The notes beneath the pieces are model-generated. The model had not been told where the DNA came from. It saw nothing but the letters and a program-made list of their open reading frames with translations, and made no database searches. From assembly GCF_016433145.1 (NCBI RefSeq), contig NC_058133.1:169851553-169915552 (forward strand): DNA of 64,000 nucleotides. The letters run 5' to 3'. Positions 21,738-33,600 of this stretch are shown one piece after another. Position 1 is the first letter of the stretch. Each line of letters opens with the position of its first letter. The DNA is from Gracilinanus agilis (Eukaryota). The translations under genes and the position numbers were made by a program.

Positions 21738-22284
21738 AAAAGCTATGTAAGAGCAAGAGTAGAGGGACTGATGGCACCAAGCATAGAAAGCTTTTTTTTA
21801 CGCTTTGTTTGAAAAAGGAAGGAGAAATATAGGATGCTAGCTAGAGGGAAAAATAAGATCTAGTGAGAGTGTTTTAAGAATAGGGAAGACCTGGGTGTTT
21901 TTGGAGGCTGTAATGAAGGAATCAGTAGACTGAGATGGAAGATTATAGAGAGAGGAGATGATAATGGGGGCTATCTGCTGGGAAAGGATCAAGATATATA
22001 TAGGGATGGGGCCTAATCAAGGAAAAAGGCCTCTTCAAGAGAGATTAGAATAAAGGGGGATATGGTAGAGGATGATGTCAAGGGATTTTGAGACAAGGAA
22101 GAGAGAAGAAAAGTGGATTCAGTTTTCTTGGCTGAGAGAGTGGCAATGATGTGGGATGTTTGAAGAGAGAAGAGAAACTTTGGAACAGATTCTAAGGTGA
22201 GTGGGATAGGGAATCAATGAAGGCAATTCAAAGGATGTCTTATAGTGAGGGCTCAAATGGTGTAAGGTAACATAAAATTGTTAT

Positions 22285-22545
22285 GCTTGGTGGTACAGTA
22301 GATAGAGTGTTGGGCCTGAAAGCAGGAAGACTGATTTTCCTGAGTCAAATCTGGCCTCAGACACTTAGTAGCTATATGATCCTAGGTAAGTCACTTAACC
22401 CTATTTGCCTCAGTTTCCTTTTCTGTAAAAAGATGAGCTAGAGAAGGAAATGGCAAACCATTCCAGTATCTTTGCCAAAAAATCCCAAATAGGGTCAATG
22501 AAGAGTTGTATATAACTGAAAATAATCTAACAGCAACAACAACAT
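22285..22545 (+). mobile_element. MAR1-type CORE-SINE
   Basis: gagaaggaaatggcaaaccattccagtatctttgcc tail ending in (caa)n. Confidence 0.82.
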
Positions 22546-23689
22546 AAAGCTGTAGTTGACCTAGTCAATACCATTGTGTGTGACTTATACAATTGTGTGT
22601 GACTTTTGTTCAGCAGCATATTCATGGGAGCAGAGGAGTCAGATGGTAGGAGTAATCTAGAATGGGGCTTAGCAATGCAACAGACAAAAGAACCAGGAAT
22701 ATGAGAGTAGAGGAAAATTTATAGTTGAAGTGGTTCACTAAACAAGTCTAGATTGAGAAGGGAAGAAAATATCACCAGAACAGAAATGGTAGTTTGGGAA
22801 CCAGTGAAGGGGTGGAAGGACTGGAAATCATGGTGAAGATAAAGATTAAGTCTAGTAGGACAGAGAGAAAAAGAGAGACAGAGACATACATATGTGGACA
22901 GAGACACAAAGAGAAAAAGACATGCAGAGAGATAGACAGAATTAGAGAAAGACAGAGACCGAGATGGAATGATGGGAAAATAGGATCAGATAAAGGCATT
23001 TCAGAGAGATAGAAGTAGCAGGTTTTGGGAAGAAAAATCTGAGGTTTATACACATATAATTAACTACATTGTCCCATCCTGCTCCCCATCCCTCCCTCAA
23101 ATTCAGAATGTTCTTATTTTTTAATCTTTTTTTCCACTTTGGTGTTGAATTTTACAGAAACATCAATAAAGATGAATATGGAGAAGAGACTATTTTCTGT
23201 CTAGAATATTATCATTTGTCCAGTTCCCCATGTTTGAAATTTTGGAGTTATCTTTCTTTCTTTGACTCTTTTTCTTCATCCCTCATATCAATCAAACAAT
23301 CAATCAGCTAATTGGCCACTATGTGCTAGGTGCAGTGATATTTGGGGATACAAAGACTAAAAATTGAAATGTTTTCTGCTGTTGAGGAACTTATATTCTA
23401 CTGGGGAAGCAATGTATATATATATGTATATACATATATATGTAAATCTCTCTATATAATGGAAAATAATTACAAGGTAGTTAGAGAAGGCTCCAGAAGT
23501 TGGGGTATCAGAAAGGATTCATGAAGCAAGTGATGCTTGAGCTGCATCTGGAAAAAAGTGAGATTCTATTTGGCCGAAGTGAGAGGGGAGTGAATTTCAG
23601 ACATGGGAGATAGTCAGAGATAGGAGAAGTGAAGATGAACTGCAATGGGTGAAGAACAGAGAGAAGGCCAGGTTGCCTGGACTATAGAA

Positions 23690-23937
23690 GAGGGAGTTGT
23701 TCAGATGTTTCAATCGTGTTTGACTCTTCATGACCCCATTTGTAGTCTTCTTGGCAGAGATAAGTGGTTTGCCATTTTCTTCTCCAGCTTATTTTATAGA
23801 TGAGGAAACTGAGGCAAGCAGGGTTAAGAGACTTGTCCAGGGTAACACAGGCATCAAGGGTCTGAGGCTGAGTTTAAACTCAGGTGTTTCTGATTCCAGT
23901 CGTGGCCCTCTATCCACTATACCCCCTAGCTGCCCAG
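23690..23937 (-). mobile_element. MAR1-type CORE-SINE
   Basis: Antisense tail gttgttcagatgtttcaatcgtgtttgactcttcatgaccccatttg plus CORE. Confidence 0.82.
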
Positions 23938-24344
23938 ATGAGGGAATAGAGTAGTGTACAACCAGGCTGGAAAGACAAGTTAGATACACCTTGTGAAGGG
24001 CTTTAAGTAGCTAGCATTTATACAGCACTTTAAGGTTTACATAACATTTTACAAATATCTCATTTTCACAACAAGCCTGGTAAGTAGGTGCCATTATTAT
24101 TGTTCCTCTTTTAAAAATGAGTATATTGAAGTAGGCAGAGGTTAAGTGAGTTGTTCAGGGTCACAAAGCTAGTAAAATGTCTGAGCCAAGATTTGAGCTT
24201 AGATTTTTCCAATTTTTGCTTGAATGTTCTACCCACAGAGTCACCCAGGCTTTTCTGTGAAAGGTCAAATTGGAAGATGATGGTTTATTTATCTACAAAT
24301 TTCTCTTTGTCTCTCTGTCTCTGTCTCTCGTCTCTCTTTTTCAC

Positions 24345-24530
24345 ATGCTTACCTTCTGTCTTGGAATTGATACTATCGGTTAGATATATAATTGGTTCCA
24401 AGGCAGAAAAGTGGTAAGGGCTAGGCAATTGGGGTTAAATGACTTGCCTACTAGGGTCACACAGTTAGGAAGTATCTGAGATCAATTTTGAACTTAGGTC
24501 CTCCTGACTCCAGTTCTGGCTCTCTATCCA
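24345..24530 (-). mobile_element. SINE1_Mdo-like SINE
   Basis: Antisense copy lacking the extreme 5' end. Confidence 0.8.
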
Positions 24531-24539
24531 CCCACCGGC

Positions 24540-25445
24540 ATCAGGTTATGGTTTATGTTAGAGGAAGCACCTGGAGCTTTTAGAATTGGGGAACTGAAAT
24601 TTTCGATTAGGGAAAATCACTCTTGACAGTTATGTAAAGGATGGATTGAAGTAAGGACAGACAAGTCAGGGAGACCAATTGGGAGAACATTAGAATTGTC
24701 TAGGCAAATAGTGATGAAATTCTGAACAGATGTGGTAGTGGAATGAATGAAGAGAGTGGGTCAGCTAGGAGAAAAGTTTAGAGGGAGAAATGACAAGCTC
24801 TGGCAGCATATTGGGAATGTGGGGGTGAGGGTAAGGGAGAAGATGAATATGACACTGAGCTTTCCAACCTAGAAGACTGAAGGAAGTGAGATTTGGTAGA
24901 GTGGAGAGTTTGGAGGAAAAGAAAAGTACTATTTTTGAAGTGTTGAATTTGAGATTCCTATAATACATTCATTTCTAAATGTTCAAAAGATGATCTGGGA
25001 CTGGAGCTTAGGAAAGAGGCTGGCGGATCTATGTATTTATCTATCTCTGTATCAGAGAGTCATCTTTTCTGAGATAATTAAACTCATGGGAGCTGATTAG
25101 ATCATTGCTAGAAAGTACAGAAAGAGAAAAAAGAGGGCCGGGGACAGAGTTTTAGAGTATTTAATATTAATTAGTGGTTGACGATATGAATGATGATATA
25201 GTAAAGGAGACTGAGAAGATAGGTCAGAAAATTAGGAGGAGAACCAGGAGGGTGTAGTAATAGGAAAATCCAGGGAGAAGAGAGAGTCTAGGAAGAGAGG
25301 GGATCAACAGTGTTCAATGCAACAAGGGGATCAAGAAGGATGAAGAGTGATTAAAAGACCATCAGATTTGGCATTTAAGAGGTTGCTGGTAATTTTGGAG
25401 AGAGCGATTTCAATTATATGATAAGGTCAGAAGCCAGAATGCAAA
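24540..25445 (-). mobile_element. L2 LINE remnant
   Basis: Antisense L2 motifs gatttggcatttaagagg, ggagagaaccaggag, aaggtcagaagccaga. Confidence 0.65.
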
Positions 25446-25446
25446 A

Positions 25447-26119
25447 CGTAAAGTAAAAATTGCAATTAATTGGTTAGTGATCATTCTTGTTAATTAATCT
25501 GGTAAAGCTGTAATTGCTGATTTAATAGTAGATAATAATTCCAGTTATTAGCGGATTGAATAACTATGAAAGTTAATATAAATCATAGAAGCAAATGATA
25601 AAAATGGATAATTAAGTATTAAGTACATGTTAACCCTACAGCGGGAACCTTCTGACCCTGAGAGGAAGGGCAGACTGGTACAGACTAACTACTCGTCACA
25701 GTATTGCTTCATTGTCCAGTGATAGCACCAGCTGGCTTGTCATGACATCCCCATTACAAGATGACTATAAAATTACATCACAAGACCTAGTACAGAAACT
25801 GGCTGGTGCGAGACGTGTAAGAGTGACATTTTTGTGACTTTATTATTCTCAGATTGTCCATATATGGCATATCCTGCCACAGATCTCTGTAAGTGAGGAC
25901 CTGAGAAAAGACCTGTACCTCCCAACCCTTTTAGAAAGAAAGTGATGACACAAAAATCTCTAACTGCAATATTTTTACCTATAATTATCCGTCAGCTGTA
26001 ATGATCAGTGTCTCAGACCATGTTGGGTTCATCCGTAGACTCTGCCTGTTGGGATGTGCACCTCTCACAATAAAGTCAGTTTGCTCAGAAAATTGGTAGC
26101 CAGTCTTTTTCTTTGAACA
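25447..26119 (+). mobile_element. Probable solo ERV LTR (~670 bp)
   Basis: AT-rich U3-like start ([C/T]GTAAAGTAAAAATTG), internal TATAAAA near 25767, AATAAA near 26070, ends TTGAACA; sits between unrelated L2 pieces; no clean TSD. Confidence 0.5.
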
Positions 26120-26759
26120 AGATAGCCAAACATTTCCCAATTCCCATCAACTCCATTTCTGGAACACTTCTCAAGTCTATTGCCTCCTCCTTATTTTTGC
26201 TTTTGCCACCCTAATTTAAAAAGAGCTTGAAATCTATGATCCTACATTATTATCTTATTACCTCTTGTCTAGACCATTGCAATAGTCTCCTTCTTGCCTC
26301 TACAGTTTTTTTTCTCCATCTTGTTCTTTTTTTCCCCCTCCCAATAAAACTTATTTTTAAAGAAATAAATTAATTAAATAAAATTAGAGGGTAGGAATAG
26401 ATAGATGGTCCTAAGGTCCTTTCCCAACTCAAAATCCTTTGATCATTAGATAAAGAGAAAGTCAGTCAATTAACATTTATTAAGTCTCTACCATGTGCCA
26501 GGAACACAAAAGGCAGTCATTAACATCAAAACCCCTCAGGTTTACTCCTAGAACCTTGAGGGGAAAAGCAGTCAGTCCCTCTCTGGGGATCCAACCTGCC
26601 AGTGAGAGTGGGAGTTTGGAGAGTGAACCCAGAGGATATGCTACATAATTATTCAATTAATTTGATTGATGTAGCCTCTCTCTAGGGGTCAGCTCCTGAC
26701 TCATCATCAAGGGGTGTGAAGATTTATAGTCAATTAGACTATAACTCTGAGTACTTACC

Positions 26760-26975
26760 CAGGGCAGCTAGATGGCACAGTGGGCTTGGAATCTGAAAGT
26801 CTTCTGAATTCAAATCTGGCCTCAGATACTTGTTAGCTGTGTGACCCTGGGCATGTCACCTAACTGTTTGCCTCAATCTCTTACTCTGTCAAAGGAAATG
26901 ATAAAACCCTTTAGTATCTGCAAATAAAAGAGGCCGGAAAGAGTTGACACAACCCAAACAACTGAATGATGATGA
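26760..26975 (+). mobile_element. MAR1-type CORE-SINE
   Basis: Head gggcagctagatggcacagtgg, CORE, RTE-like tail. Confidence 0.75.
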
Positions 26976-27369
26976 CCCACTCACCATTAAAGTCACATTT
27001 CTTTTCAAGAGGTGACTATATTTCAGTGAGAACTAGTCATTTGTCATAGAAGTAGCAGGCAGGAATACTTGAATACTGTCTAAAATAACTCTGAGTATAA
27101 AAGTGATAAGCAAATAAATAGTTTGTAACAAGGGCACAATGGAAAATTAAAAATTATAAAACATCCTAAAAAGGGCTTTGAGCCGGCTGCTTTCCTAAAT
27201 CCCAGATTGATCAGGACTCAGTTCTTAGGAATTAAATAGCACGAGTGTGTTTAGTTCCCCAGAAATGCCTCACCTGCTAGGCAACAGAAGAATGCAAACA
27301 ACACAATTTCTCTAGGATGTTTGAATGACAATTTTTTTGGTAGCAATGTCTTTCTCCTTTCTTCTAGAC

Positions 27370-27699
27370 CAGTGATGGTGAACCCTTTAGAGACTGTGTG
27401 CCACGTCCCATCCTCCCAGAGGCTGGGTGCTATGCCTCAGCCCCCCCAGAGACCTTATGCCACATGCCCTGCACCCCCACCTTACCTACCCCAGACAGGG
27501 AAGGGAAGAAGTGCTTCCATTGGGCAGAAGGGTGGGTGAAGTGAGGAATGTCTCAGGTGCTTGAAGAGGAGGAAGGGAGCAGCTCCCCCAGTCCCTTTGG
27601 CTTACTAGTAATGAATTCTGGCAGGTGATGGCTCACATGCCCACAGAAAGGGCTCTGTGGGCCCTGTTTGGCACACATGCCAGAGGTTTGCCATCGTAG
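27370..27699. mobile_element. hAT (Charlie-group) non-autonomous DNA transposon, 330 bp
   Basis: TIRs CAGTGATGGTGAACC / AGGTTTGCCATCGTAG; perfect 8-bp TSD TTCTAGAC at 27362-27369 and 27700-27707. Confidence 0.9.
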
Positions 27700-28173
27700 T
27701 TCTAGACAGCTTACGTTATAGTTTCCGTAAGAGGTCTTTCCAGGTCCTTCTACCCTCACCCTCTCATTAGTGCCTCTGTGATTATCTTCTGTTTCTACTA
27801 TATATCTTTTATATACATAATTATTCAATTGCTGTCTCCCCCATTAGAATGGGAGCTCCTTGAAGGCAGGGACAGTGTTTTTTCTTTATATTCCCAACAC
27901 TTAACAGGGTAGTTGGAACTTAATTAACCAAGCTTAATGAATGATTATCGGTTGCCTGATTTAATGGCCAACAAAAGCAGAGGCCAAAACTCTGAAGAAA
28001 GTGGGACTTGGAACTCACAACCTGAGTGAGATACTGAGGATCTGGTCAGATTGAGGGTCTCAGCTCAGCCAGGGGTGTGGAATTTGGTCCTGGATATCTT
28101 GTCCTTGGATGGAAGTGATTTTTAACTTCTTATCACATTTAGCTCATCACAGAGCAAGGTGTAGTAGTTAGAA

Positions 28174-28378
28174 TTTTTTAAAACCCTTACCTTCTGTCTT
28201 AGAATCAATATCATGTATTGGTTCCAAGGCAGAAGAAAGGTAAGGGCTAGGCAGTGGGGGAAAGGGTAAGTGACTTGCCCAGGGTCACCTAGGTAGGAAG
28301 TGTCTGAAGCCACATTTGAACTCAGGACCTCCCATCCTTAGGCCTGGTTCTCAATCCACTGAGTCACCTAGCTGCCCC
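28174..28378 (-). mobile_element. SINE1_Mdo-like SINE
   Basis: Full antisense copy. Confidence 0.88.
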
Positions 28379-28477
28379 AAGCAATTGGGATTTGATAGAG
28401 TGTAGACCAAATCATGTTTCTGAGCTAGACATCATTTATTAAAAGGGTGATTCTATCTGGAGATAAAATATAGATCT

Positions 28478-28640
28478 GGGGTAACTAGGTGGCACAGTGG
28501 ATAAAGTACCAGACCTGGACTTGGGTTCAAATCTGACCTCAGTTACTTCTTAGCTATGTGACCCTGGGCAAATCATTTAACCCCATTTGCCTAGTCCTTG
28601 CTCTTCTGTCTTAGAGTTGTTACAAAGACAGAAAAGTAAG
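28478..28640 (+). mobile_element. tRNA-derived CORE-SINE
   Basis: ggggtaactaggtggcacagtgg head; tail cttagagttgttacaaagacagaaaagtaag. Confidence 0.82.
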
Positions 28641-28649
28641 GGATATTAG

Positions 28650-29370
28650 GGAAAGGCAAACCAAAATGGTTCTGAGGCATCATTTCATACCCATCAGATT
28701 GGCTAAAAGGACAAAAGAGCAAAATGACAAATGTTTGAGGGGATATGGAAAAGTTGGGGGCACTAATACATTGCTGGTGGAACTGTGAACTGATCCAACT
28801 ATGTTTGAGAGCAATTTGGAATTATGCCGAGAGTTCTAAAATGATGTGTGTATGTTTGTGTGTGTATATGTACATATGTGCATGTATGTACACATATTTA
28901 TATGTGTATATATATGTGTATATATGTATAGTCTATTTCTCAAAGAGATCAAGGATAAAGAAAAAGAACATATATGTTCCAAAATATTTATAACAGCTAT
29001 CTTCGTGACGGCAAAGAACTGGAAATTAAGGGCATGCCCATCAATGGAAGAATGTCTAAAAAAATTGTGGGATATGATTATAATGGAATCCTATTGCATC
29101 CTAAGAAACAGCGATCAGATTAATTTTTTAAAAAACTTGGATAGAACTATATGAAATAAAGAATGAAATGAACAGAACCAAGAGAACATTATATACAGCT
29201 GCAGATTTAATGTTTGAAGAATAACTTGTGAATATCCACCTCCAGAGAATGAACTGAGAAATGGAAACACAAAAGAATATATATATTTTGCCAGATGATA
29301 CCTTCTTTGACATAGAGAGGGAAGAGAGGGAACTGAATAAAAAAAAGTAGAGATTAAAAACAAAAAAGGA
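28650..29370 (+). mobile_element. L1 3' fragment (ORF2 C-terminus plus 3' UTR) with an inserted (TG/TA)n at 28845-28930
   Basis: ORF-track peptides GALIHCWWNCELIQ and KIFITAIFVTAKNWKLRACPS are L1 ORF2 C-terminal motifs. Confidence 0.85.
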
Positions 29371-29574
29371 TAGGTCTAATGGTCTCTTTCTGGCCAAGAG
29401 AACTGGAGTGAGAGAGTCAACAGCATCTTTTATACCTAGATAGGTCTTCCTTCTAATAGGCTTGACAATACATCATTTAGGACCTCCCCTGGCAAAGTAA
29501 GGCAACCCTGATTGATGGATATTTTAATCAGGAGGTGGGTTAATAGTTCTCAGCTCCTTCCACAGCTAGGGACA

Positions 29575-29810
29575 GGGAAGTGTTGTACTGAATAGAACTT
29601 TGGACTTGGAGTCAGGAACATCTGAGTTTAAATCCAGCCTCAGACACCTACTAGCTCCATGACTCTGGACAAGTTATTTAACCCTGTTTGCCTCAGTTTC
29701 CTCATCTGTAAAATGAGTCGGAGAAGGAAATGGCAAACCATTCCAGTATCCTTGCCAAGAAAACCCCAAAGGAGGTCACAAAGAGTCAGACATGACTGAA
29801 CAACAATGTA
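29575..29810 (+). mobile_element. MAR1-type CORE-SINE
   Basis: gagaaggaaatggcaaaccattccagtatccttgccaagaaaacccc tail. Confidence 0.82.
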
Positions 29811-30514
29811 TAGTTTCCCCCTTTAGTTCTGGTGAATTGATTGGGTTTGGGAGTTCTGGACTCCACTAGACTCAGGCCAGGGAGGAAGAAGTGGGGAAGG
29901 GGTAGAATGCCCCTAATAAGGGGCAAACAGCCAGATTCAGAAATGGAGCAGACCAAAGCTCCTGGATGAGTAGTGGTAGGGTCAGACCCTCACTACAGTG
30001 AGTGGCTGCTTCACTTCCAGTCTGATTGAGAGAGGAAGACACAGTTTAGTAAAAGAAAAGAAAAAGAATGAAACAGCTCTTGGTTTCAGCAATGAGGTTA
30101 CCAGTGATCTTTGAGAGGGAAGTCTTAATAGAGTTCAGGGGAGATGAGATGGAGTTTCATTATGAACTTAAGTAACTTCATCTAATCATCATTTAAGCAA
30201 TTACAGATCTTCTGTAGTTTGCTGAGCAAACACAGTGTATAACAAAGTGTATCTGAAGAAATATTCCATTCTACTTCTTATTTCCCAAAAGTGTAGATGT
30301 CTTGTTTGCTGCAACTAATTTTCCCTAGGGGTAAAATCTCTGAAGAAGACCCCAAAAGGGATAATGAAGAGCCAGACATGACTGAAAAATAATTTCTCAA
30401 TAACAGTTTTCTCTATCATATATCACCTAGATCTTTTATTTTACTATAGATATTTCTTAACTATTAGTGTTTTTTCTATTCTACCATATATTCCTGTATC
30501 TTATTAGTGTAGCT

Positions 30515-30703
30515 CAGTGGTTCCCAAACTTTTTTGGCCTACCACCCCCTTTCTGGAAAAAATATTACTTAGCTCCCTGGAAATTAATTTAAAAATTTAA
30601 TAGCAATTAATAGGAAAGATAAATGCACCTGTGGCCATCACCGCTTCCCTGGATTGCTGCAGCACCCACCAGGGGGCGATGACGCCTACTTTGGGAATCA
30701 CTG
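30515..30703. mobile_element. hAT MITE, 189 bp
   Basis: TIRs CAGTGGTTCCCAAACT / ACTTTGGGAATCACTG; flanks GTGTAGCT and CTCTAGCT (6/8 TSD match). Confidence 0.85.
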
Positions 30704-30939
30704 CTCTAGCTAGTCAGAGAAGAAAGTAAGCATTTCCTTTGATATTGTTGGTTTTCTGTATCAAAGAAGCCTTATAGTCAAATCTGAGATTCCTTTCAGC
30801 TACATTTCTATCTGCGCATATCCTTTGCATTGCAAGTAGAAAGAATTTGCCAAGAGTCAGCAATGTCTTGGACCTTTCATGTACCATAGCAGAAAACAAT
30901 TGCAGAGAGAAGAGAAAAGAGGGAATGATATTGCCACAG

Positions 30940-31830
30940 ACTGTCGATTTTACCTTTGCAGCATCTCTCCCACACAGTCCCTTCTCTCCTCTGATGCAGT
31001 TACTACCATTCTGGTGGAGGCCCCCATAATCTCACAATAACATCAACCTGCTGGTAGGTCTGCCTGCCTCAAATCTCTCTCTTTCTCTGCTCCTGTCCAT
31101 CTTCCAGCTCCATTGTCAAAGGAATCTTCCTAGAGCTCAGGTCTGACCATTTCACTTCCACTTCAGTAAACTCCAGTGGCTCCCTAGCATCTCCAGAATA
31201 AAATATAAAAATCCTGTTTGGTATTCAAAGCCCTTCAGAATCTGCTTCATCCCTCCCACCTTTCCAGTCTTCTCACACCTTACTCTCATTGTCCTCCACC
31301 CCACCCCCAGACCCAATAACCTCCTTGTTGCTCCTAGAATAAGATGTTCCACCTTCTGACTCCCATTTAGATGGCTCTTCCCTCTCATCTCCACTTCCTG
31401 GCTTCCTTCACCCAGGGAAAATATGTCTTCCATGAGAAGCCTTTTCCTATCTCACTTTCTTCTAGTGTCTTTCCTCAGTGATCTCCCTTTTTTCCAGTGT
31501 CTTTCCTGTTATCTCCTTTTTCTAGTGTCTTTCCTCTATCTCCCTTTCTTCTAGTCTTTCCTCTGTTATCTCCTTTTCTTCTAGTGTCTTTCTTCTATGA
31601 TCTCCCTTTCTTCTAGTATCTTTCCTCTGTTGATTAGCTTATCTGTATATAATTGTTTGCATGTTGTCTCTCCCATTAGAATGAGCTCCTTGGGAGCAGG
31701 GATCATTTTATATATCTTTCTCTGTATTCCCAGCACTTAGAGTAGAGCCTGGCACATAGTAAATTTCCACAATAAACCACTTAAATACTTAAAAATATAT
31801 AAATACTTAAAATATGTTAATTGACTTGCT
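30940..31830 (+). mobile_element. L2 LINE 3' portion containing an internal tandem expansion
   Basis: Sense L2 motifs aaactccagtggctccct, cccattagaatgagctccttgggagcaggg, cctggcacatagta. Confidence 0.75.
31462..31631. repeat. ~30-bp minisatellite, six copies
   Basis: CTAGTGTCTTTCC-type anchors at 31462, 31494, 31522, 31551, 31581, 31613. Confidence 0.85.
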
Positions 31831-32151
31831 GAAGAGTGAGACTGAGATGTTTCCACTCAAAGGGAAGAGAGGATAATTGCTAGTGGGTACAAAAAGGAGT
31901 TTTTAAAAATTTTATTAAACTTTTTTAATAGGGTAAGATGAAAACAGGCAGTGTGGAGGAAGAGTGATGGAGAGGCAGGAGAGGGAGAGGATAAGTGTTA
32001 GGAGTCAAGAAGGAATTTGATCACAGGGACAGACAGGTGGAGACCTGACCCAAGCAGATTGCTTCCACTATCATTCCTCACTTCTAATCTTCAGTCTGTC
32101 CCTAGCTATATCTATTGGCTCCTTTCCTGCAGCCTACAAATGGCCATATGA

Positions 32152-32352
32152 CTTTTTTTTAAACCCTTACTTCGTCTTAGAATCAATACTGCATATTGGT
32201 TGCAAGACAGAAAAGCAGGAAGGACTAAGCAATGGGAATTAAGTGACTTGCCAGGGGATCACGCAGCTAGGATGTGATTGAGGTCAGATTTGAACCCAGG
32301 ACCTCCCATCTCTAGGCCTGACTCTCAATCTACTGAGGCACCTAGCTGCTGC
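32152..32352 (-). mobile_element. SINE1_Mdo-like SINE
   Basis: Antisense copy flanked by ccatatgacttttt / cccatgactttt (degenerate TSD). Confidence 0.85.
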
Positions 32353-33162
32353 ACCCATGACTTTTCATCCTTCACCCTCACTTGAAGCTACTTTTCCCAG
32401 CTATGAGAGTTCAGTAGTTTTTGGGAGGAAGAGGAGGAATCCGTTTCCTCTGAAATTGAACAGGAGGATCAGTAAGTCAGTAAACATTTATTAAATGCCT
32501 ACTATGGGCCAGGCACGGTGCTAAGCATTTAGGGTTTCAAAGAAAGACAAGGTGGTCCCTGCTGTCAAGGACCTCACATTCTGGAGGGGGACAACATGCA
32601 GTAACCATGTACATACAAGACATGGACAGGACAAATGTCTTGTCTATATCTTAGAGATACTCGATACAGGGAAGGCACTAATGTTAGGCAGAATCAAGAG
32701 AGGCTTCTCACAGAAGGTAGGATGTTAGTTGGTTCATGAAGGAAGCCAGAAAATCTTAATTTGGAGATGAGGAGGGAGAGCATTCTAGGCCTGGGGAACA
32801 GCCGGAGGAACCTGCCTTGAGCTGGTGTGGAGTCTCTTGTTTGAGGGATAGCCAGTATCCCAGGAATATGTCTGGGAGCGGGGAGGTTGGGGTGAGGGCA
32901 AGAATAAAGTATAGGAAGATTGGACAGAGACCTTTCTTTCCTTATTCCTGCCCCCCTCAAACTGTCAGCTTTTCCCTTCTCTGAAATTACTTTGTATATT
33001 CTTTTTATGGGTGGTCTGCCCTGCTCTATTTTGTCCTCCCCTTTTTGTCCACTTTACTTATTTTCTCTCAACAATCATTGTTTAATTGTTTTTCAGTCAT
33101 GTCCATTTGGGGTTTTCTTGGCAAAGATACTGGAGTGGTTTTCCTTTTCCTTCTCCAGCTTA

Positions 33163-33600
33163 TTTTACAGATGATAAAACTGAGACAAACAGGATTAAGT
33201 GGTACAGTTTACAGATAAAGAAACTGAGGCAAACAGGATTAAGTGGTACATTTTACAGATGAGGAAACTGAGACAAACAGGGTTATAAGGGATAGCACAT
33301 TTTATAGATGAAGAAACTGAGGCAAACAGGGTTAAGTGATATATATACACACACCCTTACTTTCTGCCTTAGAATCAATACTATATATTGTTTCCAAGTC
33401 AGAAGAGTGGCATGGTTTAGGCAATGGAGGTTAAGTGACTTGCCCAGGGTCACCCAGCTGGGAAGTATCTGAGGCTAGATTTGAACCCAGGACCTCCTGT
33501 CTCTAGGCTTGGCTCTCAATCCACTGAGCTCCCCAGCTGCCCCCAAGTGGTAGATTTTACAGATGAAGAAACTGAGGGCAAATGGTTAAGTGACTTGCCC
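33163..33600. repeat. ~44-bp minisatellite made of SINE CORE sequence, five copies, inside a MAR1-type SINE
   Basis: Unit ttttacagatgaggaaactgaggcaaacagggttaagtggtaca at 33163, 33207, 33251, 33300 and 33555. Confidence 0.88.
33353..33544 (-). mobile_element. SINE1_Mdo-like SINE inserted into the CORE minisatellite
   Basis: Antisense copy between units 4 and 5; aagtg on both sides (33334-33338, 33545-33549). Confidence 0.88.

Noticed and set aside
26741-27097. 13-bp direct repeat ATAACTCTGAGTA flanking a SINE plus ~110 bp (possible 3' transduction)
   Set aside because: The first copy is not flush with the SINE start, there is no poly-A before the second copy, and a 13-mer match within 400 bp is plausible by chance.
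31462-33600. CRISPR-like repeat-spacer arrays
   Set aside because: Eukaryotic TE-derived head-to-tail minisatellites without unique spacers; no cas genes.
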